From: Octopus sinensis
Lineage: Eukaryota
Assembly (NCBI RefSeq): GCF_006345805.1
Contig: NW_021828001.1
Location: forward strand, 1-9,225
Direction: 5' to 3'
Length of the DNA stretch: 9,225 nt
The position numbers and the translations under genes are program-made. The notes beneath the pieces were generated by a model. That model did no database searches and had not been told where the DNA came from. It was given only the letters and a program-made list of their open reading frames with translations. This document shows, in pieces, positions 1-7,388 of this stretch. Position 1 is the stretch's first letter. The number at the start of each line of letters is the position of its first letter.

Positions 1-10
1 TAAATTTCGT

Positions 11-76
11 ATCTCTAATTGAATCAATTTCGGACTTATCTTATAAAAAAAGATATATTCCTTCTTCAGTAGAAAT
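11..76 (-). ncRNA. Hammerhead-like motif, probably degenerate
   Basis: Minus strand AUUUCUA-CUGAAGA-A-GGAAUAUAUCUU...AAGAUAAGUCC-GAAA-UUGAUUCAAU-UAGAGAU. Core at 63-69 and 28-31, imperfect long stem II, 7-bp stem I with one G-U; register at the cleavage site is imperfect. Confidence 0.45.
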
Positions 77-96
77 TATATATATATATATTATAT

Positions 97-127
<31 letters not shown>

Positions 128-132
128 TATAT
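77..132. repeat. (TA)n microsatellite, imperfect
   Basis: Direct reading; similar tracts at 316-347, 490-519 and 1637-1696. Confidence 0.95.
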
Positions 133-316
133 ATTGGAGCATCTAAGATTAATCAGTCGAAATTGCGAGGACGATTCGTTCTTGACTGAGAAGAAAGCTT
201 CGAATGACCCATCCTTTGTTTTTTACTTTTTTTGTATCGTCTATCTGGATTTTTGTTGTCCCTTTTTGTATCACTAGTTTGTCCCGGATGTTTTGCGTTC
301 TTGTCCCATTTTGTAT

Positions 317-347
<31 letters not shown>

Positions 348-430
348 GTAGGTCCCGGTTGATTCGGGGTTAACCACAGTAAATAAGTACTCAATACATA
401 GCAGAGTAAATTAATTTATTATATAGAAGG

Positions 431-481
431 AGCTTCTACAGGACTAGAACTGTTTCATTCAAGAGAAATCTTCAGGAAGCT
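431..481 (-). ncRNA. Minimal hammerhead-like motif, probably degenerate
   Basis: Minus strand AGCUUC-CUGAAGA-U-UUC-UCUU-GAA-U-GAAA-CAGUUCUA-GUC-CUGUA-GAAGCU. Core at 469-475 and 453-456, GUC at 442-444, 6-bp AGCUUC/GAAGCU stem I offset by a 5-nt bulge. Confidence 0.5.
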
Positions 482-519
482 AGTTAAGCTATATATATAT
501 ATATATATATGTATGTATA

Positions 520-547
520 TTTAATCGGCAACAATCCGATTCATCGG
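520..547 (-). ncRNA. Decayed second hammerhead core in tandem with 585-686
   Basis: Minus strand CCGAUGA-AUCGG-AUUGUUG-CCGAU-UAAA. Perfect 5-bp stem II between two core boxes, each with one substitution; runs directly into the TA/TG microsatellite. Confidence 0.4.
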
Positions 548-584
548 TGGATCCTTAGTGCGGCATTAATAACACACAAATGGT

Positions 585-686
585 GTTTAAATTAGTGACA
601 GCTGTTTCGGTAGAACTTTATGCAATATAGTAGTAAAAGAATACATCGTATTATGTGATTCCACCATCTTCAGGCATAATTTAAAC
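585..686 (-). ncRNA. Minimal type I hammerhead ribozyme candidate (Penelope-like element pLTR type)
   Basis: Minus strand reads GUUUAAAUUA-UGC-CUGAAGA-U-GGUGGAA...UUCUACC-GAAA-CAGCUG-UC|AC-UAAUUUAAAC. Core CUGANGA at 667-673, GAAA at 605-608, 7-bp stem II base with one G-U, palindromic stem III ACAGCUGU, GUC triplet at 597-599, perfect 10-bp distal stem I (585-594 with 677-686). Confidence 0.75.
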
Positions 687-1096
687 GGCCAGCCGCGACA
701 TAGTTCACTACTTAGTTCAATTACTGTTATTTTCAAGACGAACAGTTCAATTTATAGGAGAGTTATTTAGGTGTTGTCTAAAACAGGAAATTAATAAAGA
801 AAGAAAACCATGGTCAGCGTAGAAATATAAGAATAATCTGAGATTGCCATTGAAATGTTGATTCCTAGAGATATAATAAATGGTCATCAAATACATAGCC
901 GACCTATTATAAAACACACACACACACGCGCGCGTATTTACAACACGCGAAAAGTCGAGAACGAAGCATATAGAAAGCATGGTAAACGAAAGAAATTATC
1001 AGAAACAAGTAAAAAGGTAAGAGCTATCTAGCTTAGACCTTAAATTATAAGGCTGGAAAAAATATTGATAAGTTAATAATGTATAGGCGCAATTTT

Positions 1097-1359
1097 TCAA
1101 TTCTTGAAAATGAACTTAAGCATATGTTTACAACTGCTGGAAATTTCAGACCTACAGATCACTAGTGAGTTAGGGATCTTAGACTTGAAAAGGATCTGCG
1201 CTCTTTCAGCTAAGCATAGCTTACATTATTAGATCCACTAACATAAGGTTTGGATTTTTCAATTATTTTCCATTTAATCACATGTGGTGTTGCATTAGAT
1301 TCCAACCTCCATACGTGGATAGCCAATTTAATAGATTTGCTTTTATCTTTATTTCTTAT
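1097..1359 (-). pseudogene. Decayed Penelope-like element, C-terminal part of GIY-YIG endonuclease
   Basis: Minus translation IRNKDKSKSIKLAIHVWRLESNATPHVIKWKIIEKSKPYVSGSN, then after a frameshift near 1226 CKLCLAERAQILFKSKIPNSLVICRSEISSSCKHMLKFIFKN*. Matches the PLE pattern LSxHIWxLK..IxWxI..PY..CxLCLxE..RSE..CxH..KF. Confidence 0.8.
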
Positions 1360-1637
1360 GCCATTTTCGTTTTCCGTTTTATTAACCCTCCACACTTTCT
1401 ATACGCTGCTTTCTCAGCTTTTCGCGTTTCTTCTCTCATTCAATTTTTAATTCAAGTGGTTTGTGCCTGATGACCGTGTTGGAATGCTACACATGTTATA
1501 ATTCGTTATTTGGCATGTTCTCAGCATAAGAAACTATTAGTAGCATATAAAAACATGTACTGTGTCTATTAAATAATATTTATCTCTCACCAGATGGAAT
1601 ACTTTTTTGTTGATCTTACCATCACGGAACAGTACAT

Positions 1638-1703
<66 letters not shown>

Positions 1704-1713
1704 CATAAGGTAA

Positions 1714-1748
1714 CTAATAAATCACCTTTTGTTAATGAAACGTACGTA
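1714..1748 (+). ncRNA. Decayed hammerhead-like motif
   Basis: CTAATAA (CTGATGA with two G>A changes)-ATCACCTTTTGTTAAT (imperfect hairpin)-GAAA-CGTACG-TA. Palindromic stem III ACGTACGT and GUA triplet; no clear stem I. Confidence 0.35.
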
Positions 1749-1802
1749 AGATGGGGTAACGAAATATCTTATAAACAATCTCTGGCATTCTGCTTTATTT
1801 CA

Positions 1803-1861
1803 TATCTATCTATATAGATATATATGTGTGTGTATACATACATACATACATACATATATAC

Positions 1862-1926
<65 letters not shown>

Positions 1927-2059
1927 TATACATACATATATGCATATGTATACCCATGCACACACACATATATATATGCATATATGAACGAGTGTTTGTG
2001 TAGGTATGTATTTCTAGCATGTGTTTTTGTATACACTCGTACACACACACACGCACGCA

Positions 2060-2110
<51 letters not shown>

Positions 2111-2125
2111 GCACACACATCATAT
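1803..2125. repeat. Compound (TA)n/(TACA)n/(CA)n/(CG)n microsatellite
   Basis: Direct reading; source of the [12 protein letters not shown] ORFs. Confidence 0.95.
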
Positions 2126-2609
2126 ATTTTATTTTTATCTATTTTTTTTCTCTTTTGTCCATTATATAATTTCACGAAACTTGACTCTTTAACAGCTAAC
2201 TCCTGTACATTTAGGCCGGGTGTACGGGTATCTATGTATGGCGGGGAGAGTCGGGTGTTTGAGTGACATGTTAACTAATGCAGGTATTCAGGGTGAGTAC
2301 CCGGAATAGCTTCGCTCATAGGGATTGTGGTCTTCGCAGAAAAACCCATTGTGTCTCTGTCACGATCTGTTGTTTTTGTTATTTAATGACAGACCAGGCT
2401 GGAGTGGTTATGTGGAGTGGGGACGGAGAGAGGAGAAGTGACAGGAGTGTTTTTAATGGGGGGGGGGGGCTATTGTCTGCCTGAATTGACAGATTCACGT
2501 CTCAAACCGAATATATGCCTTCTTGATACTGATACCTCCGACCTCCACATTCACTCACACCATTTCCCCCTCTCTCATCTCTCCTCTCTCTTTAACACTC
2601 TCTCTTTTA

Positions 2610-2772
2610 ATATACATACGTACACACACACACAAACACACACACACACACACATATACAAATACAGACAGACAAACACACACACACAAACACACACGCA
2701 CACACACACACATATATATATACAGACACACTCACACATATATATAAATACAGACACACTCACACACACATA
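2610..2772. repeat. Compound (CA)n/(TA)n microsatellite
   Basis: Direct reading. Confidence 0.95.
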
Positions 2773-3115
2773 CTCGTATATCTTAATGTTTGTTTTCATC
2801 ATGTCAACTTATATGTAAATAGAATCTAATATCAGCCAGAAGGATTACTCAATACATTTTAGTAGAGTACATGTGTATTGAACTATTACTTGTAAACGTA
2901 ATATGTATGTACTAGCATACCCGTGTCATCAAAAATGCCGACGGCATTATTAATGATAGAAAATGGCACATTAACACAATGGGGAAAACCAATAAATAAA
3001 TATCAGCGAGCTAGTAAATATATTTGCATACACAGAATTGAAGCACTTGAAGAATGAGATACGATTGTAACGTCTCGGTTGAAAATATCACCCACATAAT
3101 GTATGTGTGCTTGCG

Positions 3116-3152
<37 letters not shown>

Positions 3153-3236
3153 CACACACACAAACACATATATGTACATATAAACTCACACACACACACA
3201 GACACACACGCGCGCGCGCACACACATATATATATA
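3116..3236. repeat. Compound (TA)n/(CA)n/(CG)n microsatellite abutting the mariner left end
   Basis: Direct reading; (TA)n resumes at 4313-4336 beyond the right TIR. Confidence 0.95.
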
Positions 3237-4312
3237 TTAGGTTGTTTCACATGAAATGTCGTATTTTTAATTGTTATTTCAGTCATTTAAAAATTCAATT
3301 ATGTATATCTTGCATTTAGTCTTGACTCTTTTTCTTTCCCAATAATATTGGTATATAAAATTCGTATCCACCGACCTCATGAAAATGATAACCAAATTAT
3401 GTTGAGTGATTTTCTTGTATGAGTACAAACTCGATGGATTAAATGCTTTGGTTGAACAGAATCCGAGAACAAAGGTTCGAAAACTTTCATCAGAACCCCA
3501 AACATCTCGCACAACTAATTTTGGACACCTGTAAAAAAATTTGAAAAGTCAAGAAAACGGATATGTTTGTTCCACATCAAGTGAACGAGGTTCAAAAAAA
3601 CAAACTCCTCGAAGTGTGCTCCTTATTGCTTTCTCGATTGGAAAAAGACATTTTTTACATCAAATCCTTACCTGTGACGAGAAATGGATACGCTTTGACA
3701 ACACCGGGAGAATAGGACAGTGAATAGATGCAGGAGAGTCACCTAAACACTACCCATTGCACCCTAAAATGTTAGAGGTCATTGTATGATGGTCTGCGAA
3801 GGGAGTTATTCATTATTCATTTTTGCAACAAGGAAAAAAACCGTAACAGCAACATCGTGTTGCCAGGAAATTGATTGTATGCATGAGAATTTGAAAAAGA
3901 AGCAACCCAGACTAGTGAATAGAGATGGCCCAATTTTGCCCCACGAAAATGCACGCCCTCACACTCCTCAAGCTACGCTCCAAAAGTTGCAAAGCTTAAA
4001 TTATGAGATTTTGCAACATCCTCCTTATTCCCCTGACATCTCTCTATCTGATCATCACATATTTAAGCATTTTGATCTTTTTTATAAGCAACGAAACATT
4101 CTTAAATAGAGAAGAGGTAATAGAGAAGAGGACAGTTTATCACAGCAGAAGATTAACTTTTTTTTAAAGATGGAATATATGACATAGAGAAACGCTGGAT
4201 AAACATCACAAATGAACATGGATAATACTTTGATTAAATAAATCAATTCTTCTAACACTTGTGAAACATTTTCTTGTTACCTTTCAAATACATTTCATGA
4301 GAAACAACCTAA
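3237..4312 (+). mobile_element. Decayed mariner (Tc1/mariner, DD34D) DNA transposon, 1076 bp, with both TIRs
   Basis: Left TIR TTAGGTTGTTTCACATGAAATGT (3237-3259) matches the reverse complement of 4290-4312 at 22/23. TA dinucleotides at 3235-3236 and 4313-4314 within (TA)n. Encloses a transposase pseudogene. Confidence 0.95.
3379..4237 (+). pseudogene. Mariner transposase pseudogene (stops, frameshifts, N-terminal deletion)
   Basis: ATG 3379 MKMITKLC*VIFLYEYKL; FVPHQV at 3566-3583 (WVPHEL motif); ILTCDEKW (D at 3676); HENARPH (second D replaced by E, 3945); HPPYSPDISLSD (third D at 4050, 34 residues after the E); C-terminus FKDGIYDIEKRWINITNEHG*YFD* ending TAA 4235-4237. Confidence 0.95.
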
Positions 4313-4429
4313 TATATATATATATATATATATATAAGTAAATCCAAACAAGAAAACAAAAAAACACAGCAACGCGAGGACGTGGAACAAATATATTATT
4401 GACGCTCAGGAAAGAAGGGAAGAAGGAGG

Positions 4430-4462
4430 GTTTAACGTTTCGAGCGGAGCTCTTCGTCGGAA
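4430..4462 (-). ncRNA. Minimal hammerhead-like motif in a ~200-bp island between (TA)n tracts
   Basis: Minus strand CCGACGA-A-GAGC-UCC-GCUC-GAAA-CGUUA. Variant core box (U4 to C) at 4454-4460, perfect 4-bp stem II, GAAA at 4438-4441, palindromic AACGUU in place of stem III; stem I not evident. Confidence 0.5.
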
Positions 4463-4533
4463 CATAGGAGAAGGAAGATCCAGAGAAGGGCAGACAGAGG
4501 GAAAAAAATCGTTTGTGGTACTCAAGAGGTCAC

Positions 4534-4535
<2 letters not shown>

Positions 4536-4601
<66 letters not shown>

Positions 4602-4615
4602 ATATATATATATTA
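4536..4615. repeat. (TA)n microsatellite
   Basis: Direct reading; another tract at about 4808-4857. Confidence 0.95.
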
Positions 4616-4804
4616 TGTGTGTGTGTGTTTGTCCCTCCACTATCGCTTGGCAACCGATTTTGGTGTGTTTACGTCCACGTAACTGAGCAGTTCGGCAATA
4701 GAGACCGATAGAATAAGTACTAGGCTTAAAGAATAAGTCCTGGGGTTGATTTGTTCGACTAAAAGCTCCACTATGGCCGCAGTTAATGACTAAAACAAAT
4801 AAAA

Positions 4805-4809
<5 letters not shown>
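4616..4809 (+). mobile_element. SINE family A, 3' half
   Basis: Aligns by eye with 7935-8144 (GTTTGTCCC..ATCGCTTG.CAACCGAT..GTTCGGCAA..AGACCGATAGAATAA.TACTAGGCTTA..AAGAATAAGTCCTGGGGT.GATTTG.TCGACTAAA..ATGGCCGCAGT..AAAAGA.TA). Confidence 0.9.
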
Positions 4810-4850
<41 letters not shown>

Positions 4851-4857
4851 ATATACA

Positions 4858-5003
4858 TATTCTTTTACTTACATTTTTAACTTGTTTCAGACATTTGACT
4901 GCGGCCATACTGGAGCATCACCTTTAGTCGAACAAATCGACTCCAGCACGAATTCTTTGTAAGCCTAGTACTTACTCTATCGGTCTCCATTGCCGAAATG
5001 CTA
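4858..5003 (-). mobile_element. SINE family A, 3' tail fragment, reverse orientation
   Basis: Reverse complement matches about 8006-8144 and 4686-4809; e.g. TTTGACTGCGGCCATACTGGAGCA and CCTTTAGTCGAACAAATCGAC on the plus strand. Confidence 0.9.
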
Positions 5004-5024
5004 TTGCTGGCTTTGTGCCAAAAG

Positions 5025-5068
5025 TAGTTGTTGTTCTTGTTATTATTATTGTTGTTGTTGTTGTTGTT
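5025..5068. repeat. (GTT)n/(ATT)n trinucleotide repeat
   Basis: Direct reading. Confidence 0.9.
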
Positions 5069-5070
5069 AA

Positions 5071-5275
5071 GGTGTTGAGCTGGCAGTATCGTTAGCGCTA
5101 CGGGACAAAATGCTAAGCGTCTTTACGTTCTGAAGTCATATTCAGGTCGACTTTGCCTTTCATCCCTTCGGGATCGATAAAATGAGTACCGGTTGCGTAC
5201 TGGGGCCGATGTAATTGACTTAACCTCCGCCGCGAAATGTCAGGTCTTTTGCCTACAGCCGTAAGGATTACTGTT
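5071..5275 (+). mobile_element. SINE family B (tRNA-like head, conserved central domain), decayed
   Basis: Head GAGCTGGCAGTATCGTTAGC (A-box-like); central GGTCGACTTTGCCTTTCATCCCTTCGGGATCGATAAAATGAGTACC (5145-5190), which I recall as a conserved invertebrate SINE domain; ends in simple repeat. Family name not verified. Confidence 0.75.
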
Positions 5276-5284
5276 ACTCCTATC

Positions 5285-5695
5285 GTGATGATGATGATGA
5301 TGATGTGGTGGTGGTGGAGAAGGAGGAGGGGAGAAGGGGAGGATATTGATGATGACGAAAATGTATAGGAAGATAGCGATAATGATAATGATGATAAAGT
5401 CTATGATATGGAGAAGAGGGGGAAAGAGAGCGGAGTAAAACGACGACGACGACGACAATGTCGACGATGATGAGGAGGAGGACGAGGGGGAGGAGGACGA
5501 GGAGGATTTGGTGGTGGTGGTCGTGGTGGGGTGCAAGCGATGATGACTTTGTTGACGACGACGACAACGATAACAAACAACGTTGAAGATGGCGTTGATG
5601 ATGATGATGATGATGAGGATGATGATGATGATGATGGCGACGACGATGACGGTGGTGGTGGTGATGATGATCATGATAAAGAGGAGGAGGAGGGA
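5285..5695. repeat. Degenerate trinucleotide array (GAT/GAC/GAG/GGT)n
   Basis: Direct reading; source of the poly-S/H/I ORFs. Confidence 0.9.
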
Positions 5696-5922
5696 TAGGA
5701 ATGGAAAACTAGAAGATGAGGTGTGAAATGATAAGAATATACGAGTCTAAGGTGTGTATTGTCCCACCCCCACCCGCTACACCCCGATGTCTGTCAGCTG
5801 ATTCCTGAATACGGGTAGAGTTTAGTGATTTAACCTTCAATTGGGGGTGGGTGATGGAACAGAGAAGCAGATTTGGAGGGAGAGGGCGGCAATGTATGTA
5901 TTTGTATCAGTTTGCCATGGAG

Positions 5923-6014
5923 ATATATATGTGTGTGTATGTGTGTGTGTATAAGTGTGTATTTGTGCGTGTGTATGCGTGCACGCGCGTTTGTGTGTAT
6001 GTGTGTGCATGTGT
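5923..6014. repeat. Imperfect (TG)n microsatellite
   Basis: Direct reading. Confidence 0.9.
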
Positions 6015-6089
6015 TCGCAAGCTATGGTCATTTGTTAAGCGAGTTAGAAAGCCTGCTCTAAACAAACGGGTAGGTGTGATATTAACAGC

Positions 6090-6490
6090 GGTGATGATGA
6101 TGATGATGATGATGACGACGATGATGATGATGATGACGATGATGATGATGATGATGATGATGACGACGACGATGATGATGATGATGACGATGATGATGCT
6201 GATGATGTAAAGAATGACGAGGAGGAGGGGGATGTTGATCATAGTCATGATCATGTTCATGATGATGACGACGCCAATAGCGATGACCATAATGATGATG
6301 ATGAGGAGGAGGACGATGACAACACCGATGACGGCAACGACGATAATGAAGATACTGGTGATGATGATGACAATGATGATGTTGGTGATAATGATTACAA
6401 TGGTGGTGGTAGTGGTGGTGATGATGATATCGGTGATGATGATAATGATGGTGGTGGGGAGTTGTATTTGTGTGGTGTGGCGGTGATGAC
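6090..6490. repeat. (GAT)n-dominated trinucleotide array with GAC/GGT variants
   Basis: Nearly pure GAT/GAC at 6093-6206, more degenerate afterwards; source of the poly-M, poly-I and poly-H ORFs. Confidence 0.95.
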
Positions 6491-6589
6491 GTGTAAAGCC
6501 GAACAAGAGCTTCTTCGACAATATGGTCACTCAAATCTCTCTATCAATACCTAAAGCTCCAAGATAATTCTCTGCCTCCAAAAGTTTAA

Positions 6590-6950
6590 TGTGCCTTCAG
6601 AAAAACACTAAACTCTCCAAACAAAACGCATCGCCAGTCTGACGAACTTCAATAAAGAAACGAAAACAGCAGCAGTTGGTACTGAAACGGTATATATTGG
6701 GCAAACGAGAACATCATCCAAACCGGGTGCACACAACACATAATCTTTCAAATCGAAACTGAGATTCAAATCAACATAATTGTCTTAATACATTTGGAAA
6801 CTCAAAAGTAGAAGCATTAACAATGTTGCAATAACATGGAGTATAAATAAAATGGCTTTATTATGCATGAATGAAGTATATAAATGTAACTCTTGTATTG
6901 CCGAAAAATATCAAATTATTGATAACATCTTAAATAGAAGACATGAAGCA
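6590..6950 (+). pseudogene. Decayed Penelope-like element GIY-YIG endonuclease fragment
   Basis: One frame from 6681: TETVYIGQTRTSSKPGAHNT*SFKSKLRFKST*LS*YIWKLKSRSINNVAITWSINKMALLCMNEVYKCNSCIAEKYQIIDNILNRRHE. YIG at 6693-6701; possible upstream CLQKN remnant at 6592. Missed by the ORF track because of three stops. Confidence 0.8.
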
Positions 6951-7040
6951 TCACTACATATACAGATAATATTTTGAGTAGATTTTGTTTTTGGATTTGG
7001 TTTGCAATATTCTTTATGTGAGTTTGTATGTTGAAGCACA

Positions 7041-7316
7041 TTCTGTTGTGTCTGGGGAGAGTCATTTTCTTTTTGAGCCTTATAATTTAGCACACTCACC
7101 AGTAAAATTTCCACTTATTCCTTATTTTTATTTTCCTAAAATTTCGTTGCGTCTTGCAACCTTTGCAACGACGACGAGTCAAAATTATTGAAAACGCTGC
7201 AAGAGGCAACGAAAAGTTTAGGAAAATAAAAATAAGGAATAAGTGGAAATTTTACTGATGAGTGTGTTAAATTATAAGGCACAAAAAGAAAATGACTTTC
7301 CCCAGACACAACAGAA
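7041..7316. repeat. Long inverted repeat: arms 7041-7168 and 7188-7316, 19-nt spacer
   Basis: Manual alignment of the left arm with the reverse complement of the right arm gives 9 substitutions and 1 indel in about 128 bp, only 4 of them in the outer 100 bp. The ORF track shows the same peptide (SVVSGESHFLF.PYNL.HS.VKFPLIPYFYFPK) on both strands. Confidence 0.95.
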
Positions 7317-7388
7317 CTTTTAGTAGAGGTATTTAAAATTTGACAAGCATTGATAATATAATATAAAAATATACTATTTAGGAAACCG

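Noticed and set aside
1-700. CRISPR-like array of TA repeats with spacers
   Set aside because: The repeats are variable-length microsatellites, spacers are irregular, context is eukaryotic and no cas genes are present.
1467-1490. CTGATGA on plus
   Set aside because: No GAAA box or stems; antisense to the PLE relic.
690-1540. Selenocysteine-recoding PLE (UGA plus SECIS)
   Set aside because: The conserved Cys codons seen are TGT/TGC, the TGA near the SY..MPN remnant is out of frame, and I found no clear SECIS fold in the UTR by eye.
2196-2298. Possible 97-nt exon (AACAG acceptor, GTGAGT donor at 2293) or 9-nt microexon
   Set aside because: The open frame gives no recognisable peptide, the polypyrimidine tract is weak, and such signals arise by chance; needs RNA-seq.
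1769-3319. [12 protein letters not shown] ORFs
   Set aside because: Translations of dinucleotide microsatellites.
3786-4109. 107-aa ORF as a functional or domesticated transposase (SETMAR-like)
   Set aside because: Only a fragment; the first catalytic D is in another frame, the second D is E, and there are multiple stops and no SET domain.
5240-5674. Ser/His/Ile-rich ORFs
   Set aside because: Trinucleotide-repeat artefacts running into a SINE.
5907-6534. His-rich (150 aa), Ile-rich (207 aa) and Met-rich ORFs
   Set aside because: All are readings of a (GAT/ATC)n array that is stop-poor in several frames; no flanking domain or splice support.
6639-6680. CTGACGA..GAAA on plus
   Set aside because: No convincing stem II or stem I; lies within the decayed PLE coding region.
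7255-7295. CTGATGA-GTG..CAC-AAAA as a hammerhead in the palindrome arm
   Set aside because: No GAAA directly after the stem, no stem III/NUH, and the other arm reads CTGGTGA.
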